NCBI GenBank assembly: GCA_951406725.2
Contig: OX597827.1
Location: 10,602,001 to 10,666,000, forward strand
Direction: 5' to 3'
Length of the DNA: 64,000 bases
Source of the DNA: Octopus vulgaris
Taxonomy: Eukaryota
The position numbers and the translations under genes were made by a program. How positions within the stretch are numbered: position 1 is the first letter of the stretch; each line of letters opens with the position of its first letter. Below are positions 11,669-24,658 of the stretch, one piece after another. Under the pieces are notes generated by a model. That model made no database searches and was not told the origin of the DNA. It was given only the letters and a program-made list of their open reading frames with translations.

Positions 11669-11965
11669 CTAGCAGTATCGCCCGATGTTGCTCGGGTTTG
11701 TAAGGGAAATAACTATATAAGCATTTTTAGAGAGTTACTATATAAACCGAGCAAAAAATGCATTAAAAATGCGGAAAAATTATGGTAAATTTTTTTAAAT
11801 CGTAGACTCATCGTAGACGTGCACTAATACCCAGAAGGGCTCGATATGAATCACGACTATAAGATACCCGCTTTTGGTTAAACTGCACCTCAAAATGTGG
11901 GAGTAGTTAGGAATCTAAATCGGAGTAGACAGACTCTCACACAACTTCAGTTTTATATATAAAGA
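11669..11965 (-). mobile_element. Non-autonomous Helitron
   Basis: Minus strand: 5' TC, 3' CTAG, subterminal hairpin CCCGAGCAACATCGGG, inserted between A and T, no TSD. Homologous to 39915-40312. Confidence 0.88.
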
Positions 11966-13587
11966 TTTCATTGGACCAATGCTTGCAGCACAACATTGTT
12001 TGGAACATTTTGTCTATTGATTTTAGGATGGTGGGATAGTAGACCATCCCTGACAGAATTTGATGGCATAATTACAAAGTACCATATATGATAATGAAAA
12101 TTAACTATCACATACATCAATCATACATATTTAAGTAATCCCATGTAGAACTTGAATGTAAAAGCAACACATTCAACTTCATGTAAACTTGCCAATAAAA
12201 GAACTTCAATGAGAACTCTTCTACAAGCAATCATAGTCCAGTTGGTAATGTTAAACCAGATTGTAGATTAGGTCTTCTATTTTTAACGGGAATTGCCACT
12301 CTGTCAGTCTGTTACACAGTTTTTATAGACCAAATTTCACTCACAAATTTTTGCTCAACCCAAATCTATTGTAGAAAGTACTTGCTTTAAAATCTGAATG
12401 GTGAGACTGAACTCAGACCATTCTGTTGGAAAAAAATTTTTTTAGCACCAATGGCATGGTGTTTTTTTACACCAATGGCATTAACACCAATCATTAAATA
12501 ATTAAAGTCTATCAGTTTGATAATGAAGATCAGATCAGAAAATTGACAAAAATATTCTACCAAGTCTGTAATAATAAAATTTATCCTAACATGGTATTTC
12601 TCAATAACTAAAATTGAGTTCTTGTGATTTAGGTGTCTTCATTATGGATGCTGAGCAATGTATAGTATGGAATATGCACCACTTATTTCTTTGCTTGTTA
12701 AGGCATCATCATGGCTGATTGCTGCTCTCTCATTGCTTAAAGTAATCTATAAACTACTGAGGTGACTTCTGTAATGTAAGAAATCAGCGGTGGATATAAT
12801 TAATGTTTTAATGACATGAAAGATGTTTCACTATCCATGAACTTATTTCATTGAAATCAATCTGGACTTCACAACTATCCAGTTAGGTTTGTAATTAAAT
12901 ATAACACATTGTGAACAACATCTCAGGTTTATCTCAGTTATTTGAATCAAGACATTGTCAATAGCTTCCTATTCTACCTCTTTCCATATTCAAACCTTGA
13001 CTGGAATACTCTCAGGGTCGCAAATACTTTCTTTTACATTCATTTACAGCATTTAGTAATTGTTGCTTGTCAATTTCTTTTGAATCTTTGCTGGTTATCC
13101 CTAGGCCAATGAGATAGATGTGGCTGATATTTAGTTTGTTCACCTACAAATCAAAGCTGGAAAAAAAAAAAAAACGTGAGCTGGAAAAGAATTCAAAAAG
13201 AGTGCAGTTCTAAGCAGTAAAGATTGGGCAAAGCGTTTAATTTGGGGCCTAGAAGTTGAGATGTCATCATCATCATCATCAACATTTAATATCTGTCTTC
13301 CATGCTAGCATAGATTGGATGGCTTGGCAGAATCTGGCAAGGCCAGGGACAACTTGGTTTCTACAGCTGAATGCCTTTCCTAACACCAGCCACTTTACAG
13401 AGTGTACTGGGTGCTTTTTATATAACACCACCATCACCAATTAGGGATAATGACCGAAAAGGGGGACATGTGGGTCCAGTTATCAATTAGCTAGTTCAGA
13501 GGAGGAGAGGCTAGAGCAATAAGATTAGAAATGGTAGAAGGAAGACACAATTCATCTGAAAGCTAGATTTTAGTGTGTACTGGTGAG

Positions 13588-13820
13588 GGCAGATGGCCTA
13601 GTGGTTAGAATGATGCACTCATGAATGCAAGATCATGGTTTCAATTCCTAGACTAGGTGGTGCTCTAAAGCAAAACACTTCATCTTACGTTCCTTTGTGA
13701 TCACTTCATCCCCTGACATGTGGTAAACCTGTCAATTTGATGGAATGAGTGATCTAATATATGGCACATACACTTTGATCACTATAAACAAATCATTTGT
13801 GCAGGTCATTCAGTAAAATT
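13588..13820 (+). mobile_element. Old tRNA-derived SINE
   Basis: TGGCCTAGTGGTTAGA and GGTTTCAATTCC boxes. Related to 28840-29002 on the minus strand (shared CTGACATGTGG). Confidence 0.55.
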
Positions 13821-13926
13821 TGAATGTTCATGCATCATCTTCGATGGAAGAGTCTATCACAGGTGAGTGAGTATTTGTTAATTAGTTGAATCACATTCGG
13901 CCAGCAACAGTGTAGTATATTTGTGT

Positions 13927-14308
13927 GGAGGCGCAATGGCCCAGAGGTTAGGGCAGCGGACTCGCGGTCATAGGATCGTGGTTTCGATTCCCAGACCGGG
14001 CGTTGTGAGTGTTTATTGAGCGAAAACACCTAAAGCTCCACGACGCTCCGGCAGGGGATGGTGGTGATCCCTGCTGTACTCTTTCACCACAACTTTCTCT
14101 CACTCTTACTTCCTGTTTCTGTTGTACCTGTATTTCAAAGGGCCGGCCTTGTCACTCTCTGTGTCACGCTGAATATCCCCGAGAACTACGTTAAAGGTAC
14201 ACGTGTCTGTGGAGTGCTCAGCCACTTACACGTTAATTTCACGAGCAGGCTGTTCCGTTGATTGGATCAACCGGAACCCTCGTTGTCGTAACCGACGGAG
14301 TGCTTCCA
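13927..14308 (+). mobile_element. SINE family A, full length
   Basis: Near-identical to 521-908. TSD ATATTTGTGT. Confidence 0.92.
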
Positions 14309-14840
14309 CAGAATATTTGTGTATTACATCGGCATTTCTGCAAATATGAGAGCAGTACACTAATCAAAGACTTGAGGCAATCTCAGGAATTCAAACATGC
14401 TTCAGCCAGGCTTCTGCAAACAAGAGATTACAGTTATGGGTCATGAATGAAGCTGCTTAATCCTCCTTCTCATACTTTAATGATCGATGAGGGTATAAAA
14501 CCTGATTGTGAAGGCGCAGCAACCCCAGGTATTATTAACTTCAAAAGACAGGGTGCCTGGCATTTGTCAATAGAAAAATTACTCAGTAGAAGAATGAGTG
14601 TTGGTTTGTTTACAGCCATGTAACTTGGTGGCTCAACAAAAGAGGCTGATAGAATAAGAACCAGAGTTTATAAATAAGTACTGGAGTTGACTTGTTCAAC
14701 TAAACCCTTCAGGGCAGTGCCCCTACAGAATGGCTAGAACAAATAAAAGATGCACCAGGTGAGTCTTTCTAATGACTTTACCTTTCTAATGACATTTTTA
14801 AACCATTATGAAAGTGATAATGATGTAAATATAGACATTA

Positions 14841-15011
14841 GGCACAGGAGTGGCTGTGTGGTAAGTAGCTTGCTAACCAACCACATGGTTGCGGGTTCAG
14901 TCCCACTGCGTGGCATCTTGGGCAAGTGTCTTCTACTATAGCCTCAGGCCAACCAAAGCCTTGTGAGTAGATTTGGTAGACGGAAACTGAAAGAAGCCTG
15001 TCGTATATATG

Positions 15012-15042
<31 letters not shown>

Positions 15043-15250
15043 ATATGTTTGTGTGTCTGTGTTTGTCCCCCTAGTATTGCTTGAGAACCGATACTGGTGT
15101 GTTTATGTCCCCGTTACTTAGCGGTTCGGCAAAAGAGACCGATAGAATAAGTACTGGGCTTACAAAGAATAAATCCTGGGGTCGAGTTGCTCGATTAAAG
15201 GCGGTGCTCCAGCATGGCCGCAGTCAAATGACTGAAACAAGTAAAAGAGT
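14841..15250 (+). mobile_element. SINE family C (internal TA/TG microsatellite, GTAAAAGA tail)
   Basis: tRNA-like head GGAGTGGCTGTGTGGTAAG..GGTTCAGTCCC, CORE-like CTTGGGCAAGTGTCTT, tail GCGGTGCTCCAGCATGGCCGCAGTCAAATGACTGAAAC. Confidence 0.9.
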
Positions 15251-15642
15251 AATGGAGTATTATGGTATGTGATGATGATCAAAACCTAATAGAATCAAAC
15301 ATGCAGAGAAATTCCGATTGCAAATCAATGTTTGTGCATTGTATATTTGAGGACTTAGTATAAACGGGATAAAATTTCTGCAGAAGCTCTGAGTTAATCT
15401 TCTGAAATACAACACTACAAGGTATAGCAACTTTAAGGATTTAATTAAAGTTTAAAGAACTTAAGGAATTTGTAGGAAGCAAATTCATTTTATATGCATT
15501 GGAAGAAACCTTGTAAATGCTTATCATACATGAGTGTGCATGTGTGCTCATGTGCATGTGTGCATGTTGTGTGCATGTGTGTTTGTGTAAATATGTATAC
15601 ATAAGTACATACACAAAGATATACAAACATGAACACACACAT

Positions 15643-16185
15643 AGGTGCAGGAGTGGCTGTGTGATAAGTAGCTTGCTTACCAACCACATGGTTCCGAGTT
15701 CGTTCCTACTGCGTGACACCTTGGGCAAGTGTCTTCTACCATAACCACGGGCCGACCAAAGCTTTCTGAGTGGATCTGGTAGACGGAAACTGAAAGAAGC
15801 CTGTTGTCTATATGTATATATGTATATATATGTATATATATATAAATATTTATATATATTGTTAATCCAAACATGAAAACACAAAGAGAAAACACAACAA
15901 CACGAGGACATGGAACAAGTATAGTATTATTGGATGCTCAGGAAAGAAGGAAAAAAGGAGAGAAGTGTGTGTATATGTTTGTGTGTCTGTGTTTGTCCCT
16001 GCAAGATCACTTGACAACCAATGGTGGTGTGCTTACATTTCCATAACTCAGCGGTTCGGTAAAAGAGACCGATAGAATAAGTACTAGGCTTACAAAGAAT
16101 AAGTCCTGGGGTCGATTTGCTTAACTAAAGACGGTGCCCCAGCATCGCTGCAGTCAAATGACTGAAACAAGTAAAAGAGAGTAAA
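15643..16185 (+). mobile_element. SINE family C with a ~105-bp foreign insert in its internal (TA)n
   Basis: Family C 5' and 3' halves flank unrelated sequence at 15859-15964. Confidence 0.85.
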
Positions 16186-16378
16186 GGAGGGACACACATA
16201 CACGTACGTGTATGTTGTGTATGCATGTACATACACATATATGTGTGAAGATGCATGCTACAGTATTGCCCTCATGATCTCAAGATAGATGGCTGGCCTG
16301 TCACCAGATTGTGGTGCCTGGTAGCTGCTTCAGAATATTCCAAGGCTGTGAAGATTTTAGAACATTTATAAATAGAAG

Positions 16379-16426
16379 GTCTTACAGCTGTTTCCAGGAT
16401 ATTTATTATATCCCTTCATCAGAGAT
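16379..16426 (-). ncRNA. Type I hammerhead ribozyme motif
   Basis: ucu-CUGAUGA-ag-ggauau(aauaa)auaucc-ug-GAAAC-AGCU-GUA-aga. Intact core with palindromic stem III. Confidence 0.8.
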
Positions 16427-16572
16427 GGTGTGAGAAATTGGTTCAGCAATATTTAATTTAGATAAGATACAAAATAGAGAGTGAAGTGGAGGAATGAAAA
16501 TACATGTGATATATGCAGGGATATTGCATATATATATATATATATATACATATGCAATATACACACACACAT

Positions 16573-16768
16573 TATAATGGAAAAGGCTGGTTTATGGGGT
16601 TAACCTGGATTTCTCGCTTCTAAGAGGTTTGGGCTTACAGCGTATCTTCAGACACCAAACACTGGCGGCAGGCCACCAGAGTTTGGGGTGAGAAGATACG
16701 GTGTAAGTCCAAACCCCTTATAAGCAAGAAACCCAGGCTAACCCCATAAACTGGTCTCCTCCATTATA
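16573..16768. repeat. ~195-bp imperfect palindrome (fold-back element)
   Basis: TATAATGGAAAAGGCTGGTTTATGGGGTTAACCTGG... is mirrored by ...CCAGGCTAACCCCATAAACTGGTCTCCTCCATTATA. Confidence 0.9.
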
Positions 16769-16914
16769 TTCGCTGCTCTACATCTTCTCCTCCAGATTTA
16801 TACATTTCTACAAATTATATATATATATATACACGCATGCATATATATATATATATGTATATACATATATATGCATGTATATAAACATACACACATACAT
16901 ATATATACATATAC

Positions 16915-17013
<99 letters not shown>

Positions 17014-17447
17014 TGTATATATATATATATACATATATGTATGTGCGTATGTCTGAATGTTTGTATATATATATGCATGCACACATAAATACATATTTGC
17101 ATAAAGCACAATAGAGCATATAATTTAATTTATTTAATTAATTCTATACATGGACATATTTCTAGCGTGACACTAAAATAATCATTAGGGGACTTATAAC
17201 CCCCAATAGAGAACATACGAGTCCAACCACAAGACATGTTTGCTTGCAAAGCTAGAAATAATCTATACTTATATAAAATTATTTAATTCATGCTGTCTCT
17301 AGTGAATAACATAATTTACTTCATACCCTAATTGCCAAATCTATATAAACAGATGATTTATTTGGCATATATTGACTGATACACACACATATATATTGAA
17401 ATGTGTGTATGTATGTATGTATGTATGTATGTATGTATGTGTGTGTG

Positions 17448-17541
<94 letters not shown>

Positions 17542-17634
17542 TGTATCATGTGTGTGTGTGTGTGTGCATGTGTGTAGTGTGTAAGAATGTAGACTTTTCA
17601 ACTCCTTAGCTTTCCACCCCATACAAACATGTCT

Positions 17635-17680
<46 letters not shown>

Positions 17681-17686
17681 CTGTAT

Positions 17687-17722
<36 letters not shown>

Positions 17723-17733
17723 TTGCATATGTG

Positions 17734-17781
<48 letters not shown>

Positions 17782-18250
17782 AGTATGTACTAATACACTC
17801 ATATGTAAATCTGTATATATAAATGTATATATGTATGTGTATAAATATATAAATATGTACATATATACGTATATATATATATATATATGTACACACACAC
17901 ACATATATACATGTATGTATGTATGTATGTGTAACATATATAGATATAAAGAACAGAGAAGAGAAGTGAGGTGAGTGAGTAAATGTTTATTCCTTCCATT
18001 TACAATTGTTTCATAATCTTGTCAGATATATACTAGATATTACATCAACCTTTGCACATATATAAACTGTGCATATATATAAATATATATGTGTATGTGC
18101 ATCCTTATGTACAAGTTTGCTAAGAGGTAAACTAATTGACTAATCTTTAAAATATCAGCCATATATATATATATGTAGGTCCAGGGTTGAGTCGGGGTTA
18201 ACCACAGTAAATAAGGTACTCAATACATAGCAGAGTAAAGTAATTTATTT

Positions 18251-18362
18251 TATAGGAGGAGCTTCTTCAGGACTAGAACTGTTTCATTCAGATGAAATCT
18301 TCAGGAAGCTTCCTGAAGATTTCATCTGAATGAAACAGTTCTAGTCCTGTAAAAGCTCCTTC

Positions 18363-18366
<4 letters not shown>
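18251..18366. ncRNA. 116-bp palindrome made of two back-to-back hammerhead motifs
   Basis: Axis at AAG|CTT (18308/18309). Each arm reads agcuuc-CUGAAGA-uuucaucugaau-GAAACAG-uucuaguc-CUG(U/A)A-(a/g)aagcu. Confidence 0.75.
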
Positions 18367-18400
<34 letters not shown>

Positions 18401-18508
18401 TTTGAATTATATATATACATATATATATGCATAAAATTCATTTTGAATTGATAAAAGGTGGTTTGTTTCTAATTTTATATATATATATATATATCTTACC
18501 ATTTTTAT

Positions 18509-18543
<35 letters not shown>

Positions 18544-19041
18544 TAAAATTTTATTATCAGGAATCATAAGAATTAAATGTTGGATTGTTTCCAGGATGAT
18601 GTTCAAAATTTCACCTGATAATTGTGGAATATACATCTTTTATGGCTGCATTTAAAAAAATTTCTATTGAAACAGCTGTTGGAAATTTTTAATGTTATTT
18701 GTGCTTGCTTTACATATGTGTGCGTGTGTATGTATATCATCTTCATCATCGTTTAATGTCCTCTTTCCATACTGGCATGAATTAGACAGTTTGACAGGAT
18801 CTGACCAGGCAGGGGCCTGCACCATGATTCTTAGTGTGTTTTGGTATGGTTTTTAGACCTCAGACAGAAAAATTGATAAACAGATAGATAGACACACACA
18901 CACGCACACACACACACACACGTATCTATGTATGCCTGTATGTATGATGTATGTATGCATGTATCTATCTACATAAACACATGCACACACACACACACAC
19001 ACACACGCACACACACACACACATATATATATATATAATTA

Positions 19042-19116
<75 letters not shown>

Positions 19117-19395
19117 TCACATACATTCATATATGTATGATTTAGGGAATGCACATTCCTCTAAACAACTCATTTCACACAAGTAAAGGAGATGATAGCC
19201 ATCATTGAATTCTTTAGACAACAAGAATAGCAATACACATTAAAATATATGGAACAGGGCCATTTTTCCTATTTTGCATGGGAGATGGGAATTTAAAAGT
19301 GGGATGAGCTGAAATATATGAAAAGGAACAAAAGCAAAACATTAAAAACGAGAAAAGAAATATAAAAAAAACATGATATCTATATATATATACAT

Positions 19396-19426
<31 letters not shown>

Positions 19427-19484
19427 TACATATAGACATATATATATACATATATATATATACATACATTCATACATACATACA

Positions 19485-19520
<36 letters not shown>

Positions 19521-19601
19521 CATATGCATATATATACATATATATATACATATATATATGTATATACATACATATATATATATATATATACATATATATA
19601 A

Positions 19602-19655
<54 letters not shown>

Positions 19656-20337
19656 TATATACATATATGTATGTATATGTATATATTTGTGTTTCATCTA
19701 TCATATAGCCTTTTCATAGTTTCTGAATTATATCTTGTAAACTAACTGTATTGATTTCAATAATTGTCAGATAAAATTTCATTATATCATAATTTAATTA
19801 GATTCTATTCATTCTTGTCAGACAATATTCAAGCATGCTATGATGTATCCTACTTCTTTCTATATCATATTTGTCTACTGTTTCTCAAAATTCAACCTCT
19901 TTTACTTTATATTCAAAGGTAAAATGTATTCATTCATATAATTGAAGTGTATGTTTGTAAACTGCTGCTTTGAACACAGACTTGCAAAAACCGAGTTCTT
20001 CCCTTGTTCCTTTTATCATTGACTTGTTCCAGTCACTGGAATGCGGCCATGCTGGGGCACTGCCTCGAAGTGTCAAGACGAGCAAATTAGTCCCAGCAAT
20101 TTATTTTTCCGGTACTTATTCTATTAGTTTCTTTTTTTAAAAAAAAATAAAACTGCTAAGTTACTGGGATGTAAACAAGCCAACACTAGTTGTCAAGTGA
20201 TGGTTGTGTTGACAAACACAAACACACACACACATGCACTCACATACACACACATGCATACACAATATGTGTGTGTATATATACATCTATATGTATACAC
20301 ACACATATATAGATATAATATAATATAGAGACAATAT

Positions 20338-20373
<36 letters not shown>

Positions 20374-20400
20374 TAGATAGAGAGAGATAGATAGATAGAC

Positions 20401-20457
<57 letters not shown>

Positions 20458-21324
20458 TAGATATAGATATGCAAATGTTTTCTACAATAGCCTTGGGCCA
20501 ACCAAAGCCTTCTGAGTGAATTTGGTAGATGGAAACTGAAAGAAGCCTCACCACCACTTGACAGCCATTGTTGATGTATTTACATCCCCCGTAACTTAGT
20601 GGTTCAGCAAAAGAACTTTAAAAATGAGAAATGAGTATTGGCATCGATTCATTTGACTAAAATTCTTCAAGGCAGTGTTCCAGCATGGCCGCATTTTAAT
20701 GCCTGAAACAAATAAAAGATGAAAGAAGGTAAAGACGCCAAATTCATTGATATGGCTTTGGTTGGGTCAGGGCTATACTAGAAGACACTTGCCCCTGGTG
20801 CCCCACAGGTGATGGAACCGAACCTGAGACCTGAAAGCATGTTGTTGCAAAGCAAAACCTTTAACTGCGCCATCCAATTCAAGATGTTGGTAATTGGATT
20901 ACCCATCTAAAATTGATGAGGTTACCAATGTCTTGAATTTGAATGCTTGAACAATTGTGAGTTTTTGTATACATGAAACCATTGGTAGTATTGTTAATCC
21001 ACAAATAAAGAATATTTATCCACCAAATGCAGTGATGAGTACTCATTCTGTTTGATAACAGTATGCTATTGCATTGTGTGTGTGTATGTGTGTGTGTAAA
21101 TGAAGTGTGAATGAGAACACAATATGTAATTATTGGTAAATGTACAGATCCCAGTATATATCTATTTATAGTTTACTGACTTTGACGTTAAATCTCTATG
21201 GTGTTTTATACCTGTATCCAGGAACATAGTAATCCACGTTGGATTTATATCATTTCAGGTAGATTAATACCCAGCTTAAAAGAAGAGTGAAACTTTGGCT
21301 GCTGAATAATTACTTCTAGCAAAT

Positions 21325-21367
<43 letters not shown>

Positions 21368-21688
21368 CACACACACACATGCACACACACACACACACGC
21401 ACGCACACACACACACACATGCACACACACACATGCACACACACACACACTTGTGCACACACACAAACACATGCACACACACACACTTGCACACACAAAC
21501 ACATGCACACACACTTGCACCCACACACGCACACACACACACATGCACACACTTGCACACACACACATGCACACACACACATGCACACACTTGCACACAC
21601 GCACACGCACACACACACACACACACATGCACACACACACACGCACACACTTGCACACACATGCACACATACAGAGAGATAGATAGAC

Positions 21689-21721
<33 letters not shown>

Positions 21722-21750
21722 CATAGATAGATAGATAGATAGATAGAAAA

Positions 21751-21783
<33 letters not shown>

Positions 21784-21833
21784 CAGATATGTATAGTCAA
21801 AAATAAATATATGTATATATATATGTGTGTGTG

Positions 21834-22850
21834 TATATTAAAGTTACACAAGGCCAGTTTATGGGATTATTTTAGGTTTCACATTCTTAAAGGGCTTGGC
21901 TTTATGGCATATCATCACCTCCCAAAACCTATTGGCTAAAGGTCTCGCTAGCGAGTGGCCTCTCTAGTATAAGGAGGAAGAAATGGCCCCAATACTCAAT
22001 GTCAACAAAGGGGATTGTGTCCCCTTGACTATCGATTGCCAATGTCAACAAAGGAGATTGTGTCCCTTTGGCTATCAGTTGCCAGTGGCCCTGTTATCCC
22101 ATGAGTTCCAATAGGCTAGCAGGAATTTCCTGAAATGTAAGCACGGTCTGAAGACCTCTGTTCTGGAGTTCAGGATGTTCCCTGGGTCAACTGAGTCCTT
22201 TAGAAACCTCGCCTATTCCATATGCATAATTTACAGTGGTTGGTCCCATTAATGTAAGGGCCTGGATTCTCTAGGATTCTCCTTGATAAGGTGTATGGAA
22301 TCCCATCATCTATTAGCTGCCATACATGGCTGGCTAATGACGTGACATATTTCCTTTCTGGTATCCTGAAGGAGGACCAGTTGTTAGAGAGGCATTGTTT
22401 GAATGAGCCCAGAACAGCCGATGTATCTCCATGGGCGGGTGTTGGCAGTGATATGTCTGTTGGTGTTGGCAGCAATTGGAAATTATGCATATCGGAATGG
22501 TCGAGGATCCTAAAGTACTCCCGATACCCAGGGAACATCCTGCACTCCAGAACGGAGGTCTTTGGACTGTGCTTACCTTTCAGGAAATTCCTGCTAGCCT
22601 ATTGGAACCCACAGGATAGCAGGGCCACTGGCAATCGATAGCCAAAGGGACACATCCCATATTGTTGACATTGGTGATCGAAAGCCAAGGGGAAACAAAC
22701 ATTGAGTAATGGGGTCATTTCCTCCTCCATATTCTAGAGAGGCCTTTAGGCAACAGATTTTGGGATCTGATCATACACCATAAAGCCAAGCTCTTTATGA
22801 ATGTGAAACCTAAATAATCCCATAAACCAGCTTTATCTAACTTTAATATA
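21834..22850. mobile_element. Penelope-like element remnant with ~340-bp inverted arms
   Basis: 21834-22187 is the reverse complement of 22526-22850. The loop encodes a GIY-YIG fragment. Confidence 0.85.
22200..22430 (-). pseudogene. Penelope-like GIY-YIG endonuclease C-terminal fragment
   Basis: YIGCS at 22425 in one frame, then after a frameshift SFKQCLSNNWSSFRIPERKYVTSLASHVWQL..GIPYTLS.RIL....PY.NGTNHCKLC. This fits the T.LS..IW.L...Y...IL...Y.....C.LC pattern of PLE endonucleases. Confidence 0.78.
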
Positions 22851-22904
22851 AACCTCAGCTCTATAACTTAAAATGTGCTTTTTCTTTCAAATTTTTGTTT
22901 ATGG

Positions 22905-22951
<47 letters not shown>

Positions 22952-23389
22952 AATTGAGATGGGGGTTGTAAGTGCAACCCTCCATGGGATAACATATATC
23001 CAATATACTGCTAGTGAAGTACCCAACAAAGTAATACATAAATGTTAAGAATTGTGATGCAGCCATTATTAATAATAATAATAATAATGATATTAGTAGC
23101 AATAGTGGCAATGGCAATAGTAATGATATTAATATTAATGGCATTTTGTAACTTAATATAATGAATTATTGACTTCGTATATCTGCATTTGAATATAGAT
23201 ATGTGTATGTTTCTATATTGTAATATTCTAATATATTGTTGTGACTAACTGTAACCTTGAATATAGAACATATGTATGTATATTGCTGTATATTATTATT
23301 ATTATATATATGTATATATATATATATATAGAGGAGTATGGATATATGCACTCATATGTATGTGTATATTCTATTATATATTATATATT

Positions 23390-23795
23390 ATGGGTATGTA
23401 CCCTCTATTGTATGGGTGTACCTCCTCTGATTTTCATATTTAATTTAGTTTGTTCTTCATAATCTCTGAAGAGGCCTTGGGATATTTTTGTAAGTGTCTC
23501 ATTTATAACTACATATTAACCTATCACACATGGCTAATATGAGCATAATGAGGCACCCATATCTGCATGGCTGAAACAGCTGTAAGATGTAGTTTATATT
23601 TATATTTGTATTTATTTATATTCACTTATACATACTGTACTTATTGTATCATATTACTCTTTCATGTACATTGTTTTGTTCTATATTATTATGTCTGACC
23701 TTAATGTTCATATGTAGTGGTTTAATAAATTATGTGATTGGGTATTATCTGGTAGTTGATCATTGATTAAGATGTGTTTCTCCATTTTCTTATTT

Positions 23796-23800
<5 letters not shown>
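23390..23800 (+). mobile_element. Non-coding hammerhead-bearing repeat (Penelope pLTR-like) ending in (TA)n
   Basis: Homologous over about 400 bp to 45235-45612 on the minus strand. Confidence 0.8.
23462..23588 (+). ncRNA. Type I hammerhead with ~100-nt extended stem II
   Basis: aucu-CUGAAGA-ggcc...gugucucauu..cauauua/uaauaug..aaugaggcac...ggcu-GAAAC-AGCU-GUA-agau. Confidence 0.8.
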
Positions 23801-23881
<81 letters not shown>

Positions 23882-24003
23882 TATGCATATATATATGCAT
23901 ATATATATGTTCACGTATGTGGATATATATATATATGTGTGTGTGTGTATGTGTGCATGTATATATATATATATATATATTTGTGTGTGTGTGTATGTAT
24001 ATA

Positions 24004-24583
24004 CAGGGTGTGTAAGATATTTGAGAAAAGATTTACGTTTATAAAAATAAAACAGATATATGATAACAGATAATAACTTTATTTATCAAAAAATGCTACG
24101 AGGACAAAAACAAACCTTCTTTTCTACAATTCAATAAAGTCACCTTTAGCTTCAACAACTGCTTCTATATGAGATCTAAATCATCTACATGCTCGAATCA
24201 AGTGGTCCTGGTTCATTTGGGACATTACTTTGACTATGGCAGCTTTCAAAGAATCTTTGGTGTTATGGGCGTGTTCATTGACCTCTCTCTCAACAATGTT
24301 CCACATGTAATAGTCCAATGGATTGAGGGCTGGGGAATTAGGAAGCCAAATGTTAGGGGTTATGTGATCATGAAAATTTTCAGCCATCCATTCCTGTGTT
24401 ACTAGAGCCATGTGTAATAGTGCAGAGTTTGACAATTATTTCCAGGACCTCAATGTAGGCGGCAGAGTTAACTCTAGGGCCTTGTGGAAAGAAGTAAGGA
24501 GACATCACATGTCCTTCATTGCTGACAAAAAAATGCAGCAATGACCCAAAATAGGTATGTCTTCAAATACCTTTCTGACCATG
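24004..24583 (-). mobile_element. Internally deleted DD37D (maT) transposon
   Basis: TQEWMAENFHDHITPNIWLPNSPALNPLDYYMW...AKGDFIEL*. Imperfect TIRs CAGGGTGTGTAAGATATTTGA / CATGGTCAGAAAGGTATTTGA, each flanked by TA. Confidence 0.85.
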
Positions 24584-24623
24584 TATATGTGTGTGTGTGT
24601 GTGCGTGTGTGTGTGTGTGCGTA

Positions 24624-24658
<35 letters not shown>

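Noticed and set aside
17998-18029. CUGACAA-gauuau-GAAACAAUUGUA (minus) and CUGAUAA...GAAACAGCUGUU at 18610-18684 as active ribozymes
   Set aside because: Core G8 is mutated and the stems are weak. Counted only as decayed relics.
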